From NCBI RefSeq assembly GCF_018350175.1, contig NC_058368.1, forward strand, positions 6,262,001-6,326,000: a stretch of 64,000 nt of DNA. The letters run 5' to 3'. Every line of letters begins with the position of its first letter. Positions within the stretch are counted from its first letter, which is position 1. The notes under the pieces were generated by a model. It had not been told where the DNA came from, made no database searches, and was given only the letters and a program-made list of their open reading frames with translations. This DNA comes from Felis catus (lineage: Eukaryota). Both the position numbers and the translations under genes were made by a program. Positions 51,774 to 64,000 of this stretch are shown one piece after another.

Positions 51774-53728
51774 GTTATGGCTGGGACATCCTTATTCTGG
51801 AATGGCAAGCTATCATGAAACATCATTATTCTTCATCCTGACCCCAGGAAGCTAATGAGACAGGCCCAATTATGAAGCCATATGGCAAAGAGATATTTGG
51901 GTAAACAAATTTGTATTTCAATAAAATTTAACAGCCCCGTAAGATATAATAATTGAAATGTAAATGACAGTAGGTGCACTGGCTTAAAGCTGACTTCGTA
52001 ACTTACCAGATGGCATATTGTAGGTGATTTGTGTTTCATGAGCGGAGGTTTTTAGGCAGGTGATATTTTCAGTATTCTCCCTGTCCATTTTGTCTCTTTG
52101 GGTAATAGTTCTAGTTCGTTGTCTCACCCCCTGCGATCAGCTTTATTTTATGGAATTGCTTAGGGCAGGCATTGAGTAGTACAGTATATTGAAGGGTTTT
52201 CCTGGTTTTGTTTTCTTTGTTTTAATTTTCTCCTTTGCCCTTGGGGGATGAGTGGGGAAGAGGGCAGGAAAATGAGGAGAACAGGAGGTGAGGTTACCAG
52301 CGAATTCCCTCTTGCCTGGACTCCCTTTCCCCCATCAGTCTGAGCCTCCATCGACTACACGAACATCATCTCCTCTCCGTCTCCTTCAGACGCACACGCG
52401 GTAGCCTGCAGCCTCCCTTCGGGCAGTCTTTTTCTGAAAGTAGCACTAACCAGCAGGGAGATGTTAGAAGATCTAGATTCTAATTAAGGTCGCCTCTGAT
52501 TGCACTAGACAAGTCCCTGCTGCTTGGAAACAGGCTGAAAAACCTCAGATTAAGAGGGTTGTGGAGGATGGCACAGATCAGGGGCAGGGGCTCGCGGGAG
52601 CCCTCTTTCTGCCAACATTATCTAAAATGGGGGCTGTAGAGGGCATACGATAAAAATGTCAATAGTCAACAATGCCACCCCTCGCTAAACCATGAATTTA
52701 AGATATAGCACAGGGCAAATGGTGACATCCATTGTGGCACGCAGCTCTATCTGGTAAACACTTGGTGTAGAATGGTTGTGGGCCGTGAAGATGGGGGAGG
52801 GTGTTGGACAATGTGTAGGCTTTCCCTTAAACCAGCAGTGTAAAAAGGTTCTGCCTTTTGAGAGCATAAAGTAAAAATGAGAGCACTGCTCCTCCATCGG
52901 AAGAGCGGGAGCTAGGGTTTACCTTCCCATAGCTGGGGGCAGGCAGAGTCTGGTGACTCCACCAGAGGTCTGGAACGCCCTCACCCCTTCCCCTCAGCGG
53001 CCACACTGCTGGCCAGAGTTAGGGTCATGAAACTTGGCACCGTGAGTGTGCGCTTTGTGTCTGAAATCGTTCTGGTTAATACGGAGAGACAGGCCAGACT
53101 GGTGATCAGAGTAGGTCATCCGATAAGTGTTGGATGAAATTAAACGAATATGGGAATGAATGGTTGTTTAAATGAATGAATGCCTGGTCCCCGCCCTGTT
53201 GGGGCTTAACATCTAAAGGAGGCATCCAGACCAACATACAAGAAGCATGAAGCTCACAGTCTCATCCTCTTGGACCTGCTCCCTAACCGAAGTTAACCAG
53301 TGGGGAGAGGGGGTGTGTCTGCTTTTCCATTGGGGTTACCAGGAAGGGCTGGGCAAACAGGGTGGCTTCCTTTTTATTGGTGGAAACCTAGAAGCCCAGC
53401 AAGGTTAAATGGCTCCTCTTGGGCCACTGTCGTCCACGGGTAAATACCAGGTGAATATAACTGTTTGTCTACGAGGATAAATATGTCTGTATCGGAATTT
53501 ATTTTTCAGCAACTTTAAATTTGAAAATATATAACTTCCTAGTATACAGAAGAGCTGCAAGGATAAGAAATGTACACAGAACACCCATACCTCCCTGCTT
53601 CACCTACTTTGTTGTTGTTCCATTTGCTTTATTATCTGTACACAGTAATATATGTTTATATTACATTATATCGTGTATCATGTGAGTGAAAAACTATTTT
53701 TCTGAAGTATTTGAGAGTCAGGTACATA

Positions 53729-54070
53729 CAGTTGATCCTTAAACAACATGAGTTTGAAATGTGTGTGTTCACTTACAGGAGGATTTTTTTCGATAAATAC
53801 AGTACAACACTGTAAATGTATTTTCTCTTCCTAATGATTTCCTTAGTAACATTTAGTTTTCTCTAGCTTACTTCATTATAAGATTACAGCATATAATAAG
53901 TATAACATACAAAACATGTTAATCAACTGTTTATGTTATCAGTAAGGCTTTCAGTCAATAGTAAGCTATATTAGTAGTTAAATTGGGGGGGGAGTCAAAA
54001 GTTATATGTGAATTTTCAGTTCCTTGGGGAGTCAGCACCCCAACCCCTGTGTTGTTCTAAGGTCAAGTGT
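53729..54070. mobile_element. Tigger2a/MER8-like DNA transposon fossil
   Basis: TA-CAGTTGATCCTTAAACAACA ... TGTTGTTCTAAGGTCAAGTG-TA terminal inverted repeats. Confidence 0.85.
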
Positions 54071-54129
54071 ATATTTGGCCTCTTAATGTCTAAATACTTC
54101 AGTGTGTATTTCCTATGAATGAGGCTAGG

Positions 54130-54655
54130 ATCCCTACCCCGATCAGCATCTTTCACAGAACCTCTCCTCCATGTGGCTAATTGGGCTTCCTCATAGCATG
54201 GCAGGCTCAGGGAAGTTGGACTACTTTCATGGCTTTAAGAGGGAGCATTCTAAGCAGCAAAGGCAGAAGTTACAGATCTCCTGAGGACCAGCTCAGAAGT
54301 CACACGGGGCGCCTGGGTGGCGCAGTCGGTTGAGCGTCCGACTTCAGCCAGGTCACGATCTCGCAGTCCGGGAGTTCAAGCCCCGCGTCAGGCTCTGGGC
54401 TGATGGCTCGGAGCCTGGAGCCTGTTTCCGATTCTGTGTCTCCCTCTCTCTCTGCTCCTCCCCCGTTCATGCTCTGTCTCTCTCTGTCCCAGAAATAAAA
54501 TAAAAACGTTGAAAAAAAAAAAAAGAAGTCACATGGCTTCACTGTCACTCATTCTATTGGTGCAGACAGGCCACAGGGTTGGTTGGATTCAAGGGCAGGG
54601 GAACCCAAACCCACCTGTGGTGGGAAAGAATTGTTGGCCATCTTGAATCCAGCAC
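54130..54655 (-). mobile_element. Old MLT1-like LTR interrupted by a SINE
   Basis: TGGGCTTCCTCATAGCATGG...CAGAAGTCACA...CATTCTATTGGT...GATTCAAGG. Confidence 0.65.
54306..54523 (+). mobile_element. Young feline CanSINE (SINEC_Fc-type)
   Basis: Feline head; TSD AGAAGTCACA(C/T)GG. Confidence 0.97.
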
Positions 54656-54679
54656 AACACCCACCATTTTCTTTTTCTT

Positions 54680-55205
54680 TTTAAAAAAATTTTATTTATT
54701 TATTTGTTTATTTTTTAATTTACATCCAAGTTAGTTAGCACATAGTGCAATAATGATTTCAAGAGTAGATTCCAGGGATTCATCCCCTAGGTATAACACC
54801 CAGTGCTCATCCCAACAAGTGTCTTCCTTAATTCCCCTTACCCATTTAGCCCACCCCTCCCCCACAACCCCTCCAGCAACCCTATTTGGTTGCTGTATGT
54901 TTTGTCCCCCTCCTTGTTTTTATATTCCTTTTTGCTTCCCTTCCCTTATGTTCATCTGTTTTGTATCTTAAATTCCACATATGAGTGAAGTCACACAATA
55001 TTTGTCTTTCTCTGACTAATTTCACTTAGTATAGTACCCTCTAGTTCCATCCACATTGTTGCAAATGGCAAGATTTCATTCTTTTTGATTGCCAAGTAAT
55101 GCTCCATTGTATGTATGTATGTGTATATATATATATGTATATGTATGTATGTGTATATATATGTATTTATATGTATGTATGTGTGTGTATATATGTATAT
55201 GTATA

Positions 55206-55251
<46 letters not shown>

Positions 55252-55300
55252 CACATATCTCACATCTTCTTTATCCATTCATCTGCCAATGGACATTTGA
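54680..55300 (-). mobile_element. Feline/carnivore L1 3' end with internal (TA)/(TG) microsatellite (about 55108-55255)
   Basis: Minus-strand remnant [32 protein letters not shown] is L1 3' sequence. Confidence 0.9.
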
Positions 55301-57113
55301 AAGCCCACCATTTTCTATCTTGTGGTCTAGGCATTTATGTATGATTCTCTGTCTCCTGCTAAACTCTAAACAGCTAGAGCCTTGGTGGCAGGATTCTTAT
55401 CTGTCTTATCTTAGCAACTTCTCCCATGGTACTCAGCTCACTGCCTCGCACATAGTAAGTGCTTAATATTTATGGAATAAATATTGATTGTAAACAGACT
55501 CCTCGATGGTTCAATCTCCTCACATTATTTCTGAGGACCCCGAAACCCTATGAAAGGCCCCTGATAGTCTCAAGGTCACAAAGCCCCATTGTGTTAATCC
55601 CCATGACAGTCCTGTGAATCAATGTTCCAGTAGGGAGGTGTGACTGGGGACTAAGGAGGGCTGCTACGGGTTGGTAGGAACTTGGTAGGGAAGAGACTGT
55701 TGGCTTTCTCATTTGGTGCCTGTGGTTTTGAGTAAAAATCCTGCTTTGAATGGTTAATTGGCTTGCCTGGGTCATAATGTATCTATAAAATAAACTGGAA
55801 ATATCTTTTTTTCTGTATCTACTGGCAGAGTAAGGATACTAGATTTAAAATACCATGGGAAAGACAGGGAGGAGAGATGGGTAGATGGTTCCAGAAGTAG
55901 CAGTGTTGATGGTTGAAAGGATGTCCTGTCCACTTTGTCCCTCCTTGGTCTCTGTAACTGTGCTTAAGAATCCCTAACATGAGCACGGTCAGTGAACATG
56001 CCAGCAGTTAGCAAGTACTCGGGGTCCCTAAGTGGCTCTGCTCAGAGCTGCCCAGGAGGGCTCAGCGTTTTCCCTTCAGCACTAGCTTGGCCCTGTCCTC
56101 ATGCGTGCCCGTGCCAAATCAGAACTAATGCCCATGGCATCTGTCTCACAGGCCGATTTGCTCAACTTCAACTTTGGTCCTCCAGATTTTTGTTTGGACG
56201 TTTAAAAAATGGCCTCTTCAGTCGATACGCCTTGATTTTTGTGACGGTTCTGAGTGAATTCTAACGAGTTAGTGAATCTTTCTGGATCTGTATAGAGATG
56301 TAGGAAGATAAATTGCATCCGTCTTCCAGGAGAGTTACGAATTCAGCAGAATGTCAGGCTGGGAAGGCGGGAAGGGAAGCATCTCTGACAGCAGGGCTGC
56401 GGAGCAGGCAGCCACACGCTGGAAGACTGTGGGCTGTTGGACGAGGCAGACTGGACACGGGGAAAGATAGAAATGGCCTGCACATTCCAGACTCCTGGGA
56501 AACCACTTGCACCTATTAAGGAAGACTCTCCATCATTTTGGCCATGAAAGCAACATCTCACTTACCCGGCACTCGTTTAGATGGCCAGCTCCAATATCTG
56601 CGATGCCGCCATGACCTAGGAAGGAAGCTAAAACATCTCTGAGGCGTTAAAAGAGATGTCTCAGAATTTGTGACAAAACTCCATGAAGTTTTAGACAGGA
56701 TCTCAACAAACTTGGTTATCTGCTGTCCAACTCACAGCTAGTAAGAAGCAACTTTGGGGAGAAGGCAAGAGGCTTCTAGAGGCAGACGTGAAAAGCAGAA
56801 GGAAATCACAACCTGATGGGAGAGGAGCCCTAAAAACAAGTGAAAATCCTCAACAAGTACAGAATCCTGGGACCAGCCTGGGAGGAGGCAGATAACTCTG
56901 TATTCTGAATTACCTGAGTTCCACGTTACAACCTGATGGAGAAATGAAGATAGATGGGGCCTGGTGGCATCCACAAGGGGTTAAAACATCCTCATTATAT
57001 TGTCATTTATACCTACAGCTTAGAAATCTATCCCTCCAAAATGATTCGACATTTTTTAAGTTCTTACACTTAAAGGAATAGATTTTAGTTATCTGGAAAA
57101 TGCATGAAGTAAC

Positions 57114-57507
57114 TGTATTAGTCTGCTTGGGTGGCTGTCATAAATACCACAGGCTGGGGGCTTAGTTAGGCCACAGAGATTATTTTCCCACAGCCCAGGA
57201 GGCTGGCGGTCCAAGATCAAGAGGTCAGCAGGGTTGGTTTCTCCTGAGGCCTCTCTCCTTAGCTTGTAGAAGGTCCCATTCTCCCAATGTCCTCACTTGG
57301 GCTCCTCGCCGTACACCTGCATGTCTGGTGTCTCCTCCTCTTGTTATAAGGACACCAGTCATATCGGGTGAGGGTCCCGCCCTTATGACCTCATTTAACT
57401 TAATTACATCTTTCAAGGCCCCATCTCCAAATATGGTCACTTCCTGAGGTACTGGGGGTTAAGATTTCGATGTATGAATTCGGGGGGACACAGTGCAGTC
57501 TGTAAGA
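57114..57507 (-). mobile_element. MLT1 MaLR solo LTR (left copy of inverted pair)
   Basis: TGTATTAGTCTG...ATAAGGACACCAGTCAT...ATGACCTCATTTAACTTAATTACATCT...GGGGACACAGT. Confidence 0.9.
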
Positions 57508-57695
57508 CCAATACAACTTTATTTCTTTATTTGTGCTTTATTTTGCGTCAACACAACTAATTCAGCCTTGGGGGGGGGGCGGGTGCAGAAATTAGCAGAG
57601 CTACTAGGTAATCTTCTTTTCTAGTTATTCTGAAGCCACTGACAAGAGGGTTGAGGACACAACTGTTTGTATGTAGTTCTTTCGATGTTTTACCG

Positions 57696-57735
<40 letters not shown>

Positions 57736-58009
57736 CCCTAGGAGAGCAAGTCTTATTTATTCATTTTTCTTACAAATCTTTGAAAACCTCTCTCTTCTCC
57801 TGCCACTGCTTTCTTTCAGACCCTTATCATTTTTTTCCCGAATTCCATTATCCGCCCTAGTCCCCCTTCCCACCGTCCCCCCGGCCAGGTGAGGAGGCGA
57901 TTTCCTGAAACACAGATCTCATCACACCACTTTCTGCTTACATCCCTTCAGTAGTTCCCCTATTTGCTTCCAGGATTAAGTTCAAACTCTTCAGTGGCTT
58001 TACAAGGAG

Positions 58010-58690
58010 GCTGACCAAACTGATGCTATCAAGTGCTGGTGAAGATGTGGAGGAACTGGAACTTTCCTACGTTGCCAGGAGCAAAGCAAAGTGATACAGC
58101 CACTTCAAGAAACAGTTTGGGAGTTTCATGTAAACTAAACATACACTTATCATGTGACCCAGAAATCCCACTCCTACATAATTACCCCTAGAAAAATGAA
58201 AATCTACCTTCACACGAAAGCCAATATGCAAACGTTTACAGTGCCTTCATTGATGATTGCCAGAACCTGAAACAACCCAAAAGTCCCTCAACTAAGGAAT
58301 GAATAACAAGCTGTGGGACATCTATAAACTAGAATACTCCTTAGCGATAAAAATAAAACACACACATTCCTGATACAAGTAACAACATATATGACTTTCA
58401 TATCCACTGTGCTCAGGAGTCAGATTCAAAAAGCTAAAGACTTGATGAACCCATTTCTTCACACTCTTGCAAAGGAACAAGGCACAGAAAGATCATTGAT
58501 TGCCAAGGGCTGAGCTGGGGGAGGGGCTGATCATAAAGGGCACAGGACTTTGGTGGCTTGCGGAGCTGTGTCCGTACCTTGACTGTGGTGGTGGTTACAC
58601 ACTTGTATATATTGGTTCAAGTTCCCAGAACTGTATACTAAAAAGAATGACTTTTACCACATGTAAACAGTTCCTTAATTTTAAAAAATG
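58010..58690 (+). mobile_element. Old L1 (L1MB/MC-like) 3' fragment
   Basis: AAGTGCTGGTGAAGATGTGGAG...GACCCAGAAATCCCACTCCT...AAACAACCCAAA...CTTGACTGTGGTGGTGGTTACAC. Confidence 0.8.
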
Positions 58691-58698
58691 AGAAAACA

Positions 58699-58847
58699 GG
58701 GGTGCCTGGGTGGTTCAGTCAGTTAAATGTTTGACTCTTGATCTCGGCTCAGGTCATGATCCACGGTTCGTGAAATCTATCCCCGAGTCGGGGTCTGCAC
58801 TGACACTGGAAAACTTGCCTGGGATTCTCTCACCCTCTCTGTCTCTG

Positions 58848-58880
<33 letters not shown>

Positions 58881-58910
58881 ATAAATAAATAAGCTTTAAA
58901 AAATCCTTTA
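58699..58910 (+). mobile_element. CanSINE (older subfamily)
   Basis: Head, (CT)n, tail; TSD AAAATGAG(A/G)AAACA. Confidence 0.9.
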
Positions 58911-59702
58911 AAAATGAGGAAACAAAAATACTGACCATATGTCCTGATTATCCTGGTACAGCTCAGATTTATGCCTATTGTCCCTGGGTAATTTAGTCCA
59001 CCTTCCACCTTTTACTCTAAGAAAAAAAATGTCCCCAAATTGTACAATCATCGTCTTAGCCCAGGATAAACCCAGAAAGCAGCCCCTGAAATCAGGATTT
59101 GTGGAGAGACACTTTGTTTTGGAAAGTGATGCCAGGGAGTAGGACTGGAAACTGGGAAATGGTGAAGCAGGGAAAGGGGCAAGGCTAATACTCGGGGGGC
59201 CGCCCTTTGTGTAGTGGGGGCTTGTCTCCACGGGTTCTTACCCTGTGTGGTTTGGAAAAGAGGAGTGTTTCTACCCTGCTCTCCTCCTGGGTCGGTCCGA
59301 CACGGCCCACGGGGTGCTGGGTTCCAGGTTGCGCATCCTCGGGGCCACGTGGGTCAGTGTTGGCATCCTATTCATCATCTGAGAAGCCCCCAGGAGGCGA
59401 GGGGAAGGTACAGGCAGAAGCCGAGATGTGGTTCTGTCGGGCTACACCCGAGGAAAGCCAATTGCTGCAGCAGCGGCTGGCATAAAGCATGGGCGGAGAT
59501 GGCGTGAGGTGGGACACAAGAGGTGTCCGATTCAGGCATCCTACTTAGAAGGCCCTTTGGTGCTGGGTCCTGATTTCTTTTCTGACCTTACCTCCAGCTC
59601 GTCCTTCACGTGCTCGTGACCCAACCACCTGACCCTGGACATTTTGTGCTCTCCCTTGCCTCTCAGTCCCTAAGTCGTTCTTCTTTAGGGCTGCCACCGA
59701 AG

Positions 59703-59734
59703 GTTATATAGGTTGTACGTACAACCTATATAAC
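59703..59734. repeat. Perfect 32-bp palindrome
   Basis: GTTATATAGGTTGTAC|GTACAACCTATATAAC is its own reverse complement. Confidence 0.97.
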
Positions 59735-60042
59735 TGCCCAAGGGCTACTGGAACAGGGGACATATCGGGACTGTCATCCAACCCGACCTCCACTGTATCC
59801 TCAGTGGAGAGGTGCCCACAGAGCTGTATCTCCCCAGCGACGGTACCTTTTCCCAACTTGCACAAAGGCACCCTCTAGCCTGGAAGCAAGCCCGCTCCTC
59901 TTGGAATGTGTCCTCTGGTTTCCATAGTCTCATGTCTCCTGTCCCTCTCTGCTTGCCTACTGTTCATCCTCCAAACTCACCCTAGGAAACATCAGCCTTT
60001 CCTAATCCTCCTCCAACCCAGCCCTAAGCTATTAAATACCCC

Positions 60043-60432
60043 TTGTTATGGGTTGAATTGTTCCTCCCCAAACTCGTATGTTAAGACCCTAAATGTGTAC
60101 TACCTCAGAAGGTGATTCTATTTGAAGATACGTCCCTTAACTAAGTGATCGAATTAAAATGGCGCCCCTGAGAGTGGGCTCTAATCCAATGTGACTGGTG
60201 TCCTTATAACAAGAGGAAGAGACACCAACACGCAGGTGCATGGCGAGGAGCCCAAGTGAGGACATTGGGAGAATGGAACCTTCTACAAGCTAAGGAGAGA
60301 GGCCTCAGGAGAAACCAACCCTGCTGACCTCTTGATCTTGGACCGCCAGCCTCCCGGGCTGTGAAAAAAATAGATTTCTGTCGTCTAAGCCCCCAGCCTG
60401 TGCTGTTCGCTTATGGCCACCTGCGCTAATAG
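60043..60432 (+). mobile_element. MLT1 MaLR solo LTR (right copy of inverted pair)
   Basis: TGTTATGGGTTGAATTGTTCCTCCCCAAA start; TAATCCAATGTGACTGGTGTCCTTATAA. Confidence 0.9.
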
Positions 60433-61255
60433 ACCCCTGTTCTGTGCCCTCATAATACCTTAAGCATATGTGTTTTAGCTAGTATTCCAGAGTCTGAGAA
60501 CCACTGGTGTCCCTGCTTCCTCCCCCAGCTGGATCATCGGCTCCTGGAGGGCGGTGTGATCTCGTTAGCATTCACTCTCTATCACCCAGGGCAGCGCCCG
60601 ACATCAATATTTGTAGAATGAATGACTAGGCAGAAAAACCCTTATCTCATTTGGCATCCTGAGAAACTGTAGCTGCTGGTGCCATTAGAGGCTCAAATGA
60701 GAGAAGCAAATTTTATGAAAAATATATCCAGAAACACCGCTTCATTCCATAAAATGTTTCCAATATAGATAATACAGTGTCACCAGCGGGAAATTATGGC
60801 TTCCCATTAGCTATGGGGTTGGCTTCTATCTGCGTTCCAAATTTAACTCCTATCACTCTTTACCTTGATCACTGTGCTGGAGCAAAGATCAACATTTTGC
60901 TGCTTGCTCTATCTGCCTCTTTCTGCAGCCACCCCGGCCACCACCCACCACACACGTCCCGCACATGCTGGGTGGGATCCTGCGGCTGTCCGTGCTTCTC
61001 TTCTGGAAGGTTCCCCCACTTGTCCCTGACAGCCCTCCTTCCCCTCCTAGGTGCACCATGCCTCTCGTCTGCTCCAGGGATTCTCCCATTTCTGCTTCAG
61101 ACTAGATCAAACACTTCTTCTGCATGCTGTCTTATACCTGGGAGTACAGCTTACCATATCATTTACCACAGTACATCACAGGTACCCATTTCCACGGTTG
61201 TCTTCCTGATATACCAGAAATTCCTTGAAAGCAAGGACCTTATCCCTTTCATTAA

Positions 61256-61258
61256 ACA

Positions 61259-61297
<39 letters not shown>
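61256..61297. repeat. (CA)n microsatellite
   Basis: Direct CA repeats; further CA tracts near 61588-61612 and 63465-63490. Confidence 0.95.
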
Positions 61298-61299
<2 letters not shown>

Positions 61300-64000
61300 C
61301 TTTATCCTTGGTGCCTGGCAAAATGCCTGACATATAAGTTACTCAACACATGATAGTTGTTATGATCATTTCTAATAAAATAGTAGTAAATCATGGGAAG
61401 GACAGTTAGGTATCATATAACGTCAGTATGAATTATTTATAAACTAAATATTTTTTCTTTTCAGGTTCATTTCTTTTCCTTCTGCTAATTTCTTTTGAAC
61501 ATAAGTTGTTTTCTAACTGCTGGTCTCCAAGATTGGTGAGAAAAAAATAGAAGAAAAGACAATGAAAGTTAAAGAGGGTGAGGAGAAACACACACACACA
61601 CACACACACACACCACAAGTATAATTGAGGACAAGGATTTTACATACTTAAATACCCTAACTGCAGCATGGATTCCCTTAGTGCCCTAAAGTGAAGTGTA
61701 CATAGTCCTTAGTCTTTGAAACTAGAGATGCAAAACATATCTCTTTCAACAAGGGGCTGAACAGATTAATTAATGCTTACAAAGCTCTTTAAAAATGAAA
61801 ATGTGCACACAAATCCTTATTAGTATTAGTTATGCTCTATATAATAAGCCTTAGATGTGAAATTTATGTAATAAATCAGGTAACATGGCTCAAAAGTAGA
61901 AAAAGCATGTACAAAATACACACTGGGCATCCACATTAATCATATAATCAACAACTCCTAAACCCTCATTCCTGACTGAGCTATCAATAATATAATATGA
62001 ACTTGAATCCTTTGTGTGCTTTCCAATGTGATTATTGGCACAGTGTTACGTTTTGTGATGTAGATTTTAGCACACTTCTAGAAGATTTCCCTTTTTTTAT
62101 GTTAGATACATTAGAAAGACCTCATTCTGATGTGTTTTTTTTTTTCTGGTGTTGGAAAAAATTGACAGCACTAAGAAAATTCGTATATTTTCTTTTATAA
62201 GACTTGAAATGCTGGGTTTTGCCATAATGCGTCTATTGTCGAGGAGACAGCTGGGCCATTATAATGATAACAATTTCTTCTGTCACTTTTCTTCAGTTTG
62301 GGTGAAAGTTCTTAAGCTCTTTCTAAGAAAGAGCTACTTTTCACTTCTCTGAAACAGGGAGATCCTTATAGGTGATAACACTCCTACTTTATGGTAATTG
62401 CATATTTAATGTCTGCCTTCTCCCCTGGATGGTAGCTTCACAAAGCCAGGAGCTATGCCTGCCTTCTCATGTGATATTTGGCACACAGCAGGTGTTCAGT
62501 ATACATTCAGTATACATCTGAAGTGGAGGGGCTAGGTGTGGAGAAAGGGAGCATGAATATTAATGATATTGATACTATCTATGAGAGAGAGAAAGTCAGA
62601 TGTAGGAAGGGAGAGACTGGTGAAGAACACACATTTTAGAAAACTATAGAAAAAGATTTTGAGATTGAACAGAAGGTCCCAATTTGCTAAGGTGATAAAT
62701 GTGAGTTCGAACTACTCAGTTATGTACATATGGTTTTGCTAATATTTAAACCTTATGATATGAGGAAAAAAGAGAATAGCATGATTATTTTTGCACGTAA
62801 GTTGTATCTCGGTAAGGTATGTGGGCTGACTCTTGACGTTATCATCGGCTATCATTTATGGAGCCCTTACTCTTTGTCTGGTTGGACTCAGCATTTCACA
62901 TTGTTTATCTCCAATTCTCACTACTGTGCGTCAGAGACATCCTTAGAGACATTTTACGGAATAAGGAAACTGAAGCCCAAATTCCAAACAGCTGTTGAGA
63001 GGCCGAGTGTGGATTTAAATTCATTTTACTCTAATGATCCTTTCCCTACATTGTGCTATGTTGGGGGAAAGACTGCTTTTTGGACTTAAACATGTGACTT
63101 GAACATGTTGTTTAACTTTAATGAGCGTCCATTTCCTCATTTGGAAGATGGAGGTCTGAAAATAATTAATCTTCAGGCCTATTTTCCACTAAAATTCTAC
63201 AAATAGAGGGAGGTAAGGCACTCCCAGCTGTGTTTGGAGCTGTCCATGGTCCTGACAAGACAGACCCAATAATGCCATAATCACTTTAGGAAGAAGTCCA
63301 AGAGTCCAGAAACGCCTACATTAATAAAGATCTTGGTCTTATTCTCTGGGTCTCTTAAGTAATTAAGCATGCCTTCTCTTACTGCTGAGTGTATGGATTA
63401 TTCCAGGGCCCAAGCCACTGCAAATTAAAGATACAGGCAAATATGCACGCCCTTCCCCTCTCCAACACACACACACACACACACACACACCCCTGAAATA
63501 GTCTATGTGTTCCAGCCAAATGAGCTGTCCATCTTGCCTCCATTTTTTATTCTTTTGCCTTGAATTACAGATTCTTTTTCTGGGCAACAGATGTTCTTGA
63601 GCCTGAATTTCCAAGCTTAGCCACCCTACGAACCAAGTGAGATTAATTGAATGAATTATCTCAGAAGCCAAATAAGTTCTTTGGTTTTAGTCTACTTTTA
63701 TTCCTTTTTCCATTTACCCACAGGGATATATATTTCACATGTGTCTGTGTCAAGGGACGCATATTTATTGTATAAGCAATAATTTCAACACAAGATGTAG
63801 TGGATACAGGGATGTAAAAACTTAAGATGAGTGCCCACTGTACGTTTTCTCTGTTGATCATGGGCTAGTCACTGAATTTTGTACCATCATCTCTTACCAT
63901 TTACAACTTAACCCTAATGTATGACGTAACTTGTAAAATAGCATTAATAATAAACCTCTGGTATTTTGAAGTCTTTTTACTCTATGATGGCCTTTGCAAG

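Noticed and set aside
54991..55466. YIYI/VCVC-rich ORFs
   Set aside because: Microsatellite translations inside an L1 fragment.
704..58892. Recurrent ORFs such as MAQSVKRPTSAQVMISRSVSSSP...
   Set aside because: Translations of CanSINE sequence, not genes.
1..64000. CRISPR arrays, operons or other prokaryotic systems; intact ERV or L1 ORFs
   Set aside because: The sequence is mammalian; no regularly spaced repeat-spacer array and no long gag/pol/env or ORF2 frame was seen.

Overview
Mammalian genomic DNA, almost certainly felid (cat family). It carries about 27 tRNA-derived CanSINEs, three with the young feline-type head (GGGGCGCCTGGGTGGCGCAGTCGG...CAGCCAGGTCACGATCTCG), plus feline-type L1 3' ends. 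The window is dominated by interspersed repeats: CanSINE, L1, L2, MIR, MaLR/ERVL LTRs, and hAT and Tigger DNA transposon fossils. Repeat family names are from recalled consensus sequences, not a RepeatMasker run, and boundaries of old repeats are approximate. I recognise no known protein-coding gene; the ORF track is largely repeat-derived or GC-rich noise. A few short segments have good splice signals and one clean reading frame and could be exons of an unidentified multi-exon gene, but I could also chain exons on the opposite strand, so this is low confidence. The best-supported oddities are: (1) two ancient MLT1 LTRs in inverted orientation about 2.9 kb apart sharing a 122-bp core with only 2 mismatches; (2) CpG-rich patches that overlie GC-shifted MIR/MLT1 fossils; (3) a palindromic ARE/AP-1 triple site; (4) a convergent CTCF motif pair; (5) a perfect 32-bp palindrome; (6) retrotransposition curiosities (a triplicated target-site duplication and two L1s truncated at the same point). 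I found no convincing evidence of a novel multi-gene system.
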